DNA of 64,000 nt from Longimicrobiales bacterium (lineage in GTDB: Bacteria > Gemmatimonadota > Gemmatimonadetes > Longimicrobiales > Gaopeijiaceae). Where the stretch lies: contig CBDFMQ010000002.1 of NCBI GenBank assembly GCA_965249725.1, positions 544,001 to 608,000 of the forward strand, written 5' to 3'. Below the pieces are notes generated by a model. It saw only the letters and a list, made by a program, of their open reading frames with translations. It was not told where the DNA came from and did no database searches. Position 1 is the first letter of the stretch, and the number at the start of each line of letters is the position of its first letter. This document shows positions 9,810 through 19,732 of this stretch, piece after piece. The position numbers and the translations under genes are program-made.

Positions 9810-9836
9810 TACGCGGCTCCCCCGGGAGAAGTTTCA
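9810..9836 (-). promoter_or_regulatory. ECF (SigW-like) promoter TGAAAC-N17-CGTA upstream of the M48 peptidase
   Basis: Minus strand reads TGAAAC ttctcccgggggagccg CGTA; same elements and spacing as the site at 1853-1879. Confidence 0.6.
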
Positions 9837-10991
9837 GGCCAGGGCCTGGTCCAGGTCGTCGATCAGATCGCTGAGATCTTCGATGCCGACCGAGAGTCGC
9901 ACCAGCCCCTCCGTGACCCCCATGGCCTCTCGGAGGTCCTTGGGCACGGAGGCGTGAGTCTGAAGCGCCGGTATGCTGATCAAGGACTCCACACCGCCCA
10001 GACTCTCGGCAAGCTGGAACACTCGAGTGCCCGTGGCAAGGGCCCGTGCTTGGTCGGGATCGCCCAGGTCGAGCGCCACCATTCCCGTGAACCCCGACAT
10101 CTGTCGGTGAGCCAACTCGTGTTGTGGATGGGACTCGAGGCCGGGATAGATGACACGCCTCACGGCGGCATGTTCTTCGAGGTGGCGCGCCACCGCCAGA
10201 CCGTTTGCGTTGTGCCTTTCCATTCGGACATGGAGGGTCTTGGTCCCCCTCAAGCAGAGCCATGCATCCATGGGTCCGGGGACGGCTCCCGTGGATTTCC
10301 GCACGAAGTGAATGTCCTCGGCGAGTTCGTCGTCGTTGACCACGAGGATGCCACCGATGATGTCCGAGTGGCCGTTCAGGTACTTGGTGGAAGAGTGGAC
10401 CGTAACATCGGCTCCCGACTCGAGAGGCCGCTGATTGAAGGGCGACGCGAACGTGTTGTCCACCATGAGGAGCGCACCCCCTTCATGCGCGATCTCGGCC
10501 GCGGCGGTCAGGTCGCAGATGCGCATCAGCGGGTTGGTCGGCGTCTCGACATGGACGAGTTTGGTGTTCGGTCGCATGGCCTCCCGGATACGGCCGGGAT
10601 CACGCGTATCCACGAACGAGAACTCGAGCCCCAGCTTGTCGAGGACGCGCTTGAACATGCGAGTCACGCCCCCGTACGTGTTCTCCTCGCTGACGATGTG
10701 ATCCCCGGCGGAGAGGCGTTTCACGACCGACTCGATGGCGGAGAGCCCACTCGCGAAGGCGATCCCGTGCTTGCCCCCCTCGAGGGCGGCCACGTTCCGC
10801 TCCAGGGCTTCGCGAGTCGGGTTCTGCACACGCGCGTAGTCGTATCCCTTCTTGGGTTTGGCGACGTCGGGCTGGACGTAGGTGGAGGTCTGGAAGATCG
10901 GAGGCATGATGGCTCCGGTCTCGGGCTCCGGCTCTTGTCCGGCGTGGATGGCGAGCGTCCCGAATCGGGCTCCGTCCCACGATTTCGTCAT
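9834..10991 (-). CDS. Cystathionine gamma-lyase/synthase (Cys/Met PLP family)
   Basis: PPIFQTSTY, YAR..NPTR, ETPTNP, HSSTKYLNGHSD (PLP Lys), AESLGGVESL; GAGGAG RBS. Confidence 0.93.
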   Translation of the reverse strand: MTKSWDGARFGTLAIHAGQEPEPETGAIMPPIFQTSTYVQPDVAKPKKGYDYARVQNPTREALERNVAALEGGKHGIAFASGLSAIESVVKRLSAGDHIVSEENTYGGVTRMFKRVLDKLGLEFSFVDTRDPGRIREAMRPNTKLVHVETPTNPLMRICDLTAAAEIAHEGGALLMVDNTFASPFNQRPLESGADVTVHSSTKYLNGHSDIIGGILVVNDDELAEDIHFVRKSTGAVPGPMDAWLCLRGTKTLHVRMERHNANGLAVARHLEEHAAVRRVIYPGLESHPQHELAHRQMSGFTGMVALDLGDPDQARALATGTRVFQLAESLGGVESLISIPALQTHASVPKDLREAMGVTEGLVRLSVGIEDLSDLIDDLDQALA

Positions 10992-11228
10992 GCACTCCTC
11001 ACGATCGGTGATATCGGATGCACCTGCGCCAGGTCTTCCTTCACCGGAGTCGAGCTGGAGCCGGCGAAGGAGAACCCGTTGTCGGCCGAAATGTACCCGA
11101 CGCCACGTGTACAGTGCCAGCGCGCATCGTTGACGGTCTTCCAGTAAGTCTCGATAGTCTAACAGCGGTACTCACGGCCCGGTTGCCCGGGCATTTCTTC
11201 CCGATCTTCGCATCAACACCGGTGGCGT

Positions 11229-12617
11229 ATGCCCCTGACGATTCCAGATGGGCTGGTAGTGAGTGTGTCCGGATTCCGGGGCCGGGTCGGTGATCCGCTC
11301 ACCCCTGAACTCGTCTGCGCGCTCGCCGCTGCGTTCGGCGCTTTCCTGAAGAGCACGGGAAGCGGGAGCGAGGTCCTCATCGGGCGCGACACGCGGACCT
11401 CGGGAAGCATGCTGGCCGGTGCCGCGGCTTCGGGTCTGGTTTCGGTGGGTAGCGATGTAGTCGATCTGGGCATCGTCGCTACACCGACACTCATGCTTGA
11501 GGTGGGGAGGGGCGCCGCCACGGCCGGGGGGATCGAGGTGACCGCGAGTCACAATCCCGCCGAATGGAATGCGCTCAAGTTCGCGGCACCGGAGGGCACC
11601 TTCCTGGATGCGGAGACCATGGCCGCCTTCCTCGATTTCGCGTTGAAGGGCGAAGTTGCGCGGGCCCCCTGGGACCAGCTCGGGGAGGTGCGGGAGGACG
11701 GCGGCGCGACCGAGCGTCACCTCGGAGCCGTTCTGGCGTTGCCGTTGCTGGACGCAGCTGCCGTCAGCGCACGGAATCTCACGGTCGCCCTCGACTGCGT
11801 CCGCGGCGCGGGCGCGGCCCTCATGGTCCCCCTGCTCGAGGCTCTCGGTTGCCGGGTCGTCGCGATCAACACCGAGATGGATGGCCACTTTCCCAGGGAT
11901 CCGGAGCCTACGGCCGACAACCTCGGCGAGTTGTGTGACTTGGTGCGTTCCCAGCAGGCCGATCTCGGGTTGGCCGTGGACCCCGATGTAGATCGACTCT
12001 CCTTGGTGAACGAGATGGGGGAGGCGCTTGGGGAAGACCTGACGTTGGCGTTGTCCTCCGCTGCCGTCCTCCGTCGAACCCCCGGAACGGTGGTAACAAA
12101 CCTCTCGACCAGCCAGGCCGTGGAGGACGTCGCGAGCGCTCACGAGAGTACGGTGGTACGGGCGCCCGTGGGAGAGATCAACGTGGCCCGTCGCATGCAG
12201 GCCGAGGAGGCGGTGATCGGAGGCGAGGGCAACGGGGGTGTCATTCTCCCGGAACTCCACCACACCCGCGATGCAGCCGTGGCGGCGGCACTAATCCTGC
12301 AGAATCTGGTAGATGAAGGCTCATCTCTCTCTGAGGCTGCCGGTCGGTGGCCGTCGTACGACATCGTAAAGAAGAAGGTCAGCTTTCCCCGGGAGTCTCT
12401 TGCCGACGCCTATGGGGCGCTCGAGGAGGATCTCGGTGGCGACGGACTCGACCGGTCCGACGGTCTCCGGCTGAGTTGGTCGGGTCGCAAGGCGTGGCTT
12501 CATGTGAGGCCGTCGGGCACCGAGCCCGTGGTTCGGCTCATCGCCGAAGCCGCGGACCGGAGCGAGGCCGACGAGTTGGTAGCACGCGCAGCACGCATTC
12601 TCGAAGGAGTGATCTAA
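11229..12617 (+). CDS. glmM: Phosphoglucosamine mutase / alpha-phosphohexomutase
   Basis: TASHNP, DPDVDR, GEGNGG, RPSGTEP; directly upstream of glmS. Confidence 0.85.
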   Translation: MPLTIPDGLVVSVSGFRGRVGDPLTPELVCALAAAFGAFLKSTGSGSEVLIGRDTRTSGSMLAGAAASGLVSVGSDVVDLGIVATPTLMLEVGRGAATAGGIEVTASHNPAEWNALKFAAPEGTFLDAETMAAFLDFALKGEVARAPWDQLGEVREDGGATERHLGAVLALPLLDAAAVSARNLTVALDCVRGAGAALMVPLLEALGCRVVAINTEMDGHFPRDPEPTADNLGELCDLVRSQQADLGLAVDPDVDRLSLVNEMGEALGEDLTLALSSAAVLRRTPGTVVTNLSTSQAVEDVASAHESTVVRAPVGEINVARRMQAEEAVIGGEGNGGVILPELHHTRDAAVAAALILQNLVDEGSSLSEAAGRWPSYDIVKKKVSFPRESLADAYGALEEDLGGDGLDRSDGLRLSWSGRKAWLHVRPSGTEPVVRLIAEAADRSEADELVARAARILEGVI

Positions 12618-12649
12618 CAGTGACTCTCGGATTCCTGGACTAGCCCTAT

Positions 12650-14488
12650 ATGTGCGGAATCGTCGGATATGTGGGATCCAAGGAGGCCGGTCCGATCCTT
12701 GTCGAGGGCCTGCGTCGGCTGGAGTACCGCGGGTACGACTCGGCCGGGGTGGCGGTCATCGGAGAGGATGGATGCCTTCGGACGGTGAAGCAGGCCGGAA
12801 AGCTCAGGGAACTGGAGCGGTTTCTCGAGACTGAGATGCCCTCGGGCACCTGCGGAATCGCCCATACCCGTTGGGCTACCCACGGGGCCCCGAACCAACC
12901 GAACGCTCATCCCCACTGGAGTCGCGCCGGTGACATCGCGTTGGTCCACAACGGGATCTTCGAAAACGCCGGCCTGCTACGCAACAAGCTGACGGACCTG
13001 GGCTATGTGTTCGAGACGGAGACCGATACCGAGGCGGTCGTGCACCTGATCGACGAGGCGTTTCAGGAGAACGAAACGCTGGAGGGCGCGGTCGTTGCGG
13101 CGCTCCATCAGGTCGAGGGCGCCTACGGAATTGCGGTGGTCAGCAGTCGCGATCCGGGCAAGATCGTGGTCGCCCGAAACGGCAGCCCTCTCCTCGTGGG
13201 GGTCGGCAAGAACGGGGAGAACCTGGTCGGTTCCGACGCGTCCGCGGTGATCCAGCACACCAAGGACGTCATCTACCTGGACGAGGGCGACTGTGCCGTA
13301 CTGACCGCCGAGGAATATCGGGTCTTCCATCTGCAGCACGGTGACGTGAGCCGCTCCATCCACCAGGTGGACTGGGACCTAGAGGCTGCCGAGAAGGCCG
13401 GGTACGACCACTTCATGCTGAAGGAGATCTGCGAGCAGCCGACGAGCCTACGGGACGTCATGCGTGGTCGGCTCCTCGAAGAAGAGGGAGACGCGCGGCT
13501 CGGCGGTATCACGTTGACGGACGAGGATCTCTCACGGATCAAGCGCATCGTGATTACGGCGTGCGGTACCAGTTGGCACGCCGCCCTGATCGGCGAGTAC
13601 ATGCTCGAGGAGCTCGCGGGGATTCCGGTTGAGGTGGAGTACGCCTCCGAGTTCAGATACCGGAGTCCGGTCATCGAGCCGGGGACGCTGGTTCTGGCCA
13701 TCAGTCAGTCGGGTGAGACCGCCGACACGCTCGCCGCGCTACGGGAAGCGAGGGCGCGGGGTGCCCCTACCATGGGGATCGTGAACGTGGTCGGATCGAG
13801 TATCGCCCGTGAGACCGACTTCGGTTTGTACCTCCACGTCGGTCCGGAAATCGGAGTGGCTTCGACGAAGGCCTTCACCAGTCAGATCGTGGCCCTCGCG
13901 CTGTTCACCCTTTATCTGGGTCGTCGTCGGCAGCTCTCCAACGTTCAGGGGCGGGAGATCGTCGCTGCCCTGCAGGCGTTGCCCGAACAGGTGGCCGAGA
14001 CCCTGAAGCTGGACTCCGTGATCAGGAAGCTTGCCTCGGACGACGCTCACTCTCAGAACTTCCTGTATCTGGGCCGGGGGTACCAATTTCCGGTGGCTCT
14101 CGAGGGAGCACTCAAGCTCAAAGAGGTGAGCTACATCCACGCCGAGGGCTACCCGGCAGCCGAGATGAAGCACGGGCCCATCGCCCTCATCGACGAGAAC
14201 ATGCCCGTGGTCGTCCTGGCGCCCCGAGACGCGGTGTACGGCAAGGTGGTCTCGAACATCGAAGAGGTGAGCGCGCGCAACGGGCGGATCATCGCCGTCG
14301 TGAGCGACGAGGCTCCGGAGTTGGTCGCCAAGGTGGACCACATCATCCAGGTGCCGCAGACCATTCCGTGCCTGCTGCCCGTCCTCACGTCGATCCCTCT
14401 ACAGCTTCTCGCCTACCACGCGGCCATCCAACGCGGCTGTGACGTCGACCAGCCCCGCAACCTGGCCAAGTCCGTCACGGTGGAGTGA
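12650..14488 (+). CDS. glmS: Glutamine-fructose-6-phosphate transaminase
   Basis: MCGIVG, LEYRGYDSAG, HTRWATHG, SQSGETADT, PRNLAKSVTVE. Confidence 0.98.
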   Translation: MCGIVGYVGSKEAGPILVEGLRRLEYRGYDSAGVAVIGEDGCLRTVKQAGKLRELERFLETEMPSGTCGIAHTRWATHGAPNQPNAHPHWSRAGDIALVHNGIFENAGLLRNKLTDLGYVFETETDTEAVVHLIDEAFQENETLEGAVVAALHQVEGAYGIAVVSSRDPGKIVVARNGSPLLVGVGKNGENLVGSDASAVIQHTKDVIYLDEGDCAVLTAEEYRVFHLQHGDVSRSIHQVDWDLEAAEKAGYDHFMLKEICEQPTSLRDVMRGRLLEEEGDARLGGITLTDEDLSRIKRIVITACGTSWHAALIGEYMLEELAGIPVEVEYASEFRYRSPVIEPGTLVLAISQSGETADTLAALREARARGAPTMGIVNVVGSSIARETDFGLYLHVGPEIGVASTKAFTSQIVALALFTLYLGRRRQLSNVQGREIVAALQALPEQVAETLKLDSVIRKLASDDAHSQNFLYLGRGYQFPVALEGALKLKEVSYIHAEGYPAAEMKHGPIALIDENMPVVVLAPRDAVYGKVVSNIEEVSARNGRIIAVVSDEAPELVAKVDHIIQVPQTIPCLLPVLTSIPLQLLAYHAAIQRGCDVDQPRNLAKSVTVE

Positions 14489-14513
14489 GCCTTCGCACTG
14501 AAGTGGTGTTGCA

Positions 14514-14954
14514 ATGAGAGTGGTGTTGCAGCGCGTGAGCGAAGCCAGGGTGGTCGCGGACGGCCGCGTCGTCGGTGAAATCGGTATCGGACACCTGCTC
14601 CTGGTGGCGTTCACTCAGGGAGACGAGGTGGCCCAATCCGAGTGGATGGCGGACAAGATCGTGGGACTCCGCGTGTTCAACGACGACGACGGCAAAATGA
14701 ACCGCGACCTCGAGGACGTCGGTGGGGCCCTGCTCGTGGTGAGCCAATTCACGCTCTACGGCGACACCAAGAAGGGGCGGCGTCCGAGTTTCGTCCATGC
14801 GGCGCCGCCGGAGGTCGCGATTCCGCTGTACGAGGAGTTCGTCGAACTCCTCGAAGCCCGAATCCCGGGGCGTGTCGCCACCGGTGAGTTCGGCGCCATG
14901 ATGGAGATATCGCTCGTGAACGATGGACCCGTCACCCTGGTGCTCGAGAGATGA
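14514..14954 (+). CDS. dtd: D-aminoacyl-tRNA deacylase
   Basis: VLQRV, SQFTL, GRRPSF, NDGPVT. Confidence 0.97.
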   Translation: MRVVLQRVSEARVVADGRVVGEIGIGHLLLVAFTQGDEVAQSEWMADKIVGLRVFNDDDGKMNRDLEDVGGALLVVSQFTLYGDTKKGRRPSFVHAAPPEVAIPLYEEFVELLEARIPGRVATGEFGAMMEISLVNDGPVTLVLER

Positions 14955-15559
14955 GCGGTGCTCCGGCTCTGGTCCTGGCGTCGGCGTCTCCGAGGCGCAG
15001 GGAATACCTCGCCATGTTGGGCCTGAAGTTCGCGGTCGAGCCGACCCACATCCTGGAGGAGGTCCTCGCGGGGGAGACCCCGGAGGAGCACGTCGAGCGT
15101 CTGTCCCGGGAAAAGGCCAAGGCAGCAGCGTTGATCAGACCCGAGGCTGCCGTGCTCGGCGGAGATACCGTGGTCGTGCTAGACGGTGAGATCTTGGGCA
15201 AGCCCGCGGACCCCGCGGACGCTGAGAGGATGCTCTGCCGTCTCCAGGGTCACTCACACATTGTGGCGAGCGGCCTCGCGCTGGCCCTCCCGTCCGGAGA
15301 AATCCGTAGCGGCGTCGCGACGACCGAGGTCACGTTGCGCTCTTTTCGGCCCGAGATCGCCCGTGCCTACGTGGAGACCGGAGAGCCTCTCGACAAGGCC
15401 GGTGCGTACGGCATCCAAGGGCTCGGAGCCGCGCTGGTGAGCGGAATTCGCGGCGACTACTTTACGGTCGTTGGCCTTCCGATCCCCCTTCTCATGAGTC
15501 TCTTCGAGGAGTGCGGTTGGGAGTACTCCTTCGGTCCTCTCCACGCTGACGGCACATGA
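14951..15559 (+). CDS. maf: Maf family nucleotide pyrophosphatase
   Basis: LASASPRR, DTVV..GKP, DKAGAYGIQG, VVGLP. Confidence 0.95.
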   Translation: MSGAPALVLASASPRRREYLAMLGLKFAVEPTHILEEVLAGETPEEHVERLSREKAKAAALIRPEAAVLGGDTVVVLDGEILGKPADPADAERMLCRLQGHSHIVASGLALALPSGEIRSGVATTEVTLRSFRPEIARAYVETGEPLDKAGAYGIQGLGAALVSGIRGDYFTVVGLPIPLLMSLFEECGWEYSFGPLHADGT

Positions 15560-17052
15560 GCAAGACCGCTTCCATCCTTGCCATCGACCAGGGCACGACC
15601 GGCTCCACCTGCCTGGTTATTTCTCGCGACGGCCGGGTGCTCGGGCGGGCCTATTCGGAGTTCACGCAGCACTTTCCCAGGCCCGGATGGGTGGAGCACG
15701 ACGCCGAGGAGATCTGGGACGTCACCCGGGGTGTGGCGCGTGAAGCGCTCGCTTCGGCGACCGAAGCGGATGTTCAGGGCATCGGGATCACCAATCAGCG
15801 AGAAACGGTGGTCCTCTGGGATCGGGCGACCCTGGAACCGGTGAGCCGAGCCATCGTGTGGCAGGATCGCCGCACCTCCGATTTGTGTGCGACGCTCAAG
15901 GACGCAGGGCACGAGGAAGAGGTGAGGCGTCGCACAGGGCTGGTCATGGACCCCTATTTCTCCGGCACCAAGCTCACGTGGCTCTTCCGGGAACGTCCGG
16001 ACCTGCTGGCTCGCGCCGAGGCGGGGGAGCTGGCGGTCGGTACGATCGACACGTGGCTGATCACACGTCTAACCCGGGGAGCGGTGCACGCTACCGACCC
16101 CACCAACGCCTCGCGCACACTGCTGTACAATCTGACCGAGGCTTCGTGGGACCCGTGGCTACTCGATCTTCTGGGCGTGCCGGAGTCGCTGCTGCCTGAG
16201 GTACGACCGAGTAGCGGTGACTTCGGAGTCGGTGGCGGCGAGGCACTGGGAATCGAGGCGCCGATTTTGGGCGTGGCGGGCGACCAACAGGCGGCGCTGT
16301 TCGGGCAAGGCTGCTGGTCGGCGGGACTGGCCAAGAACACCTACGGAACGGGTGCTTTTCTGCTCATGCACACAGGAACGGACATCGTGCCGTCGTCTCA
16401 CGGGCTGCTGACGACGGCCGCCTGCGACTCCGAAGGCGGCCTCGCGTTCGCTCTTGAGGGCTCGGTGTTCATCGCGGGTGCCGCGCTCCAATGGCTCCGC
16501 GACGGCCTCGGGGTACTCGAGAACGCGGCCGAGTCGGGCCAGATGGCGTCCGGGCTGGCCGGCAACGACGGTGTGTATTTCGTACCGGCTTTCGTAGGAC
16601 TCGGTGCGCCGCACTGGGTACCGGATGCGCGAGGAGCGGTCTTCGGGCTCACCCGCGGGACGTCGAAGGAGCACTTGGTACGTGCGGCGCTCGAGGCGAT
16701 GGCGTATGGCACGGGCGAGCTGATCGGGGCCATGGAGGCTGATTCGTCTGTGGTCATGACCGAGCTCAGGGTCGACGGTGGAGCCGCGAACAACGACTGG
16801 CTCATGAACTTTCAGGCCGGTGTATTGGGGGTTCCGGTAAGGCGCCCGGCAACGGTGGAGACCACGGCTCTCGGTGCCGCCGGTCTGGCAGGGTTGGCCT
16901 CGGGGGTCTGGGCGACGGCGGACGAATTCCTCGCGGCTCAGGGCGAAGGGGAGGTTTTCAACCCGTCGTTGGATGCCTCGGAGAGGAGCTTGCTCCTCGA
17001 CGGTTGGGCGCGGGCGGTGCGCACGGTGAAGACATGGGCGGGCGATCGGTAG
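15556..17052 (+). CDS. glpK: Glycerol kinase
   Basis: IDQGTT, GITNQRET, VWQDRR, GDQQAALFGQ, KNTYGTG. Confidence 0.97.
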   Translation: MSKTASILAIDQGTTGSTCLVISRDGRVLGRAYSEFTQHFPRPGWVEHDAEEIWDVTRGVAREALASATEADVQGIGITNQRETVVLWDRATLEPVSRAIVWQDRRTSDLCATLKDAGHEEEVRRRTGLVMDPYFSGTKLTWLFRERPDLLARAEAGELAVGTIDTWLITRLTRGAVHATDPTNASRTLLYNLTEASWDPWLLDLLGVPESLLPEVRPSSGDFGVGGGEALGIEAPILGVAGDQQAALFGQGCWSAGLAKNTYGTGAFLLMHTGTDIVPSSHGLLTTAACDSEGGLAFALEGSVFIAGAALQWLRDGLGVLENAAESGQMASGLAGNDGVYFVPAFVGLGAPHWVPDARGAVFGLTRGTSKEHLVRAALEAMAYGTGELIGAMEADSSVVMTELRVDGGAANNDWLMNFQAGVLGVPVRRPATVETTALGAAGLAGLASGVWATADEFLAAQGEGEVFNPSLDASERSLLLDGWARAVRTVKTWAGDR

Positions 17053-17162
17053 CGCCACTCTGTAGGGGATGCCCCTAGGAAAACCGCACCTCTTTGTGGG
17101 GGATGGCCCGATTGGAGTGTGGGAAGGGCTCCGATATTAGGGTTTTGGGGGTCACAGGAGGT

Positions 17163-17190
17163 TTGCCGGCCCCTTCGGGGGCCCTATATT
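17163..17190 (+). promoter_or_regulatory. Candidate sigma70 promoter of the ccm operon
   Basis: TTGCCG-N16-TATATT, 46 nt before the ccmE start. Confidence 0.4.
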
Positions 17191-17236
17191 TGCCGGAGCC
17201 GCAGGTTGTCCGTCGACCCCATGAAGGGGGCCTCAG

Positions 17237-17665
17237 GTGAAAAAGAACCACAGATTCTTCGTTGGTCTCGCAGGTGTGGCCACCGTAGTCACATATCTCA
17301 TCTGGACGGGCGTGAGCCAAACGATGTTGTATTACCTCACGCCCAATGAGCTCCTCGCTCGGGTGAAGGACGACCCGACGTTCCACGAAGTGGGCGTGAA
17401 GGTGAGCGGCCGGATCGTGCCCGGCTCTTGGGAACGGTCCCGGGAGGGAACGCCGCATCGTTTCAGAGTCGCCGACTTGGAGGACGAGACCAGCAGCTTC
17501 CTCGTCGAATACGACGACATGCTGCCCGATACCTTCAACGATCACGAGAACGTCGACGCGGTCGTCGAGGGACGTTTCCGAGCAGACGGGGTCTTCGAGG
17601 CCACGCTCGTTCTGACCAAGTGCGGTAGCCGCTACGAGGCGACACCCGAGGAACTCGCAGGGTGA
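17237..17665 (+). CDS. ccmE: Heme chaperone CcmE, CxxxY variant
   Basis: N-terminal TM, YYLTP, LPDTF, VVEG, LTKCGSRY. Confidence 0.92.
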   Translation: MKKNHRFFVGLAGVATVVTYLIWTGVSQTMLYYLTPNELLARVKDDPTFHEVGVKVSGRIVPGSWERSREGTPHRFRVADLEDETSSFLVEYDDMLPDTFNDHENVDAVVEGRFRADGVFEATLVLTKCGSRYEATPEELAG

Positions 17666-19710
17666 TAATCCTCGGGGAGTTCGTTCTCTGGATGGCCTTG
17701 CCGGTCGGCCTCTGGGGAGCCATCCTCGGGTTCGTAGGGGGGCGCAAGCAACGCGGCGACCTGGTCCTCAGTGCAGAGCGCAGCGTCTACGCGGTCTTCC
17801 TCCTTCTGATCCTGGCTTCCGCCGGAATCATGACGGCCTTCCTGACCGACCGCTTCGAATACTGGTACGTCGCCAACTACTCCAACCGTGACCTGGACAC
17901 GTTCTTCAAGGTGTCGGGGCTTTGGGCGGGGCAACGGGGCTCGCTGGTGTTCTGGGCGGTGCTGCTCTCCATGTTCTCCGCCATCGCGGTCTTCACGAAC
18001 CGAGACAAGAACCGCGAGTTCATGCCTTATGTGGTGGGGGTCCTCCTAAGCATCTCGAGCTTCTTCCTCATCGTGTTGTTGTTCGGGGACGTGAACCCGT
18101 TCGAGCGTCTCGCGTTCACGCCAGCGGACGGTCGGGGGCTCAATCCCCAGCTTCAGAACTACTGGATGACCATCCATCCGCCCACGCTCTACCTGGGCTT
18201 TACGGCGTTTACGGTTCCGTTCGCGTTCGCCATCGCGGCTCTTCTGAGCGGGAAGCTCGATACGAGATGGATCGCCATCACCCGAGGATGGATCCTGCTC
18301 TCGTGGTTCTTCTTGGCCAACGGCATCATCTTCGGCATGCGCTGGGCGTATGAGGAGTTGGGGTGGGGCGGATACTGGTTCTGGGATCCCGTCGAGAACG
18401 CGTCGTTGCTCCCGTGGCTGACCGCGACGGCCTTCCTGCATTCGATTCAGATTCAAGAAAATCGGGGGATGCTGAAGATCTGGAACATGAGCCTCGTCAG
18501 CCTCACGTTCCTGCTCACGATCTTCGCGACGTTCCTGACCCGCTCGGGCCTCATCGAGTCGGTCCATACGTTCGCCGAGAACACGACGATCGCCCTGATC
18601 TTCCTGACGTTTCTCGGCGTGGTGACGGGCATTTGTGTCCTGTTGATCGCATGGCGTTATCCGCTTCTGAAGAGTGAGAACCAGATCCAGTCGTTCTTCT
18701 CTCGGGAAGCCGCGTTTCTGTTCAACAACCTGATCTTCTTGGGCGTCGCCTTCGCGGTCCTGTGGGGCACCCTCCTTCCTCTCATTTCCGAGGGCCTTAC
18801 TGGACAGGCCATCACGGTGGGTCCGCCGTTCTTCAATCGCGTCAACCTACCGATCGGCATCGCCCTGCTCGCCCTGACCGGGATCGGTCCGGTCATCGCC
18901 TGGCGGAAGGCGTCCCGCCGCAACCTGATCAAGAACTTCGTGTGGCCTATCGTGGTCGGGATCGCAGTCGTCGCCTGGCTGTACCTGCTGGGCGCCCGGC
19001 AGACGATGGCGCTGGTCACGTTCGGTGTGGCCGCGTTCGTTATGACCATCATCACGGTCGAATTCGTGAAGGGCACCCGAGCCCGGGCTCACATCGAAGG
19101 GGAGGGCATCCCCAAGGCCTTCGTTCATCTTGTCCTGCGGAATCGACGGCGTTGGGGAGGCTACACCGTCCATGCCGGAGTCGTGATGATTTTCACGGCG
19201 TTCGCCGGTGCGGCCTTCGACCGAGAGGTGACCCAGACCCTCGATCCGGGTGAGTCGGTGACCCTCGCATCTCCCCTGGGACACGAGTACACGTTGACCT
19301 ATCAGGGACTGTCGTCGCCTCGTGGCCAGAACATGCTGAGGCAGGCGGTGGCCCTCCTGACGGTCGAGCGGAACGGGATCCCGGTGGGGTCGCTCACGAC
19401 CGAGAAGCGTCTCTACGTCACTTGGGAGTCTCCGGTAACCGAAGTCGGTATTCGATCTACCGCCTTCGAGGATCTCTACGTGATCCTCGAGCAGGTGGAG
19501 GACCTTGGAGGGGCGTTCGAAAACGATGCCTCCTCACAGCGGGCAACCTTCGAAGTCCAGGTCAACATTCTGGTGGGTTGGATCTGGTATGGAGGTCTCA
19601 TCCTCACGCTGGGAAGCCTGATCGCGATGTGGCCGTCCAAAGCGTCGGTAATGCCCGCGCCGCGACGCTCGGTGAAGGCGCCGGCGCCGGCCGCAACGGT
19701 CGGGGTATAG
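17662..19710 (+). CDS. ccmF: Cytochrome c heme lyase CcmF
   Basis: GLNPQLQ, IHPP, WAYEELGWGGYWFWDPVENASLLPW, TRSG..SVH. Confidence 0.96.
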   Translation: MIILGEFVLWMALPVGLWGAILGFVGGRKQRGDLVLSAERSVYAVFLLLILASAGIMTAFLTDRFEYWYVANYSNRDLDTFFKVSGLWAGQRGSLVFWAVLLSMFSAIAVFTNRDKNREFMPYVVGVLLSISSFFLIVLLFGDVNPFERLAFTPADGRGLNPQLQNYWMTIHPPTLYLGFTAFTVPFAFAIAALLSGKLDTRWIAITRGWILLSWFFLANGIIFGMRWAYEELGWGGYWFWDPVENASLLPWLTATAFLHSIQIQENRGMLKIWNMSLVSLTFLLTIFATFLTRSGLIESVHTFAENTTIALIFLTFLGVVTGICVLLIAWRYPLLKSENQIQSFFSREAAFLFNNLIFLGVAFAVLWGTLLPLISEGLTGQAITVGPPFFNRVNLPIGIALLALTGIGPVIAWRKASRRNLIKNFVWPIVVGIAVVAWLYLLGARQTMALVTFGVAAFVMTIITVEFVKGTRARAHIEGEGIPKAFVHLVLRNRRRWGGYTVHAGVVMIFTAFAGAAFDREVTQTLDPGESVTLASPLGHEYTLTYQGLSSPRGQNMLRQAVALLTVERNGIPVGSLTTEKRLYVTWESPVTEVGIRSTAFEDLYVILEQVEDLGGAFENDASSQRATFEVQVNILVGWIWYGGLILTLGSLIAMWPSKASVMPAPRRSVKAPAPAATVGV

Positions 19711-19732
19711 TCGGTGGAGACGGAGTACTAGC

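Noticed and set aside
9684..11147. 487-aa plus-strand ORF
   Set aside because: Antisense shadow of the cystathionine lyase/synthase gene.
10992..11228. SAM-I riboswitch
   Set aside because: Core elements (AUCxAGAG, GCAACC, GUGC.AA) are not found in order on the coding strand.
12618..12649. glmS ribozyme
   Set aside because: Only 32 nt separate glmM and glmS; no room and no consensus.
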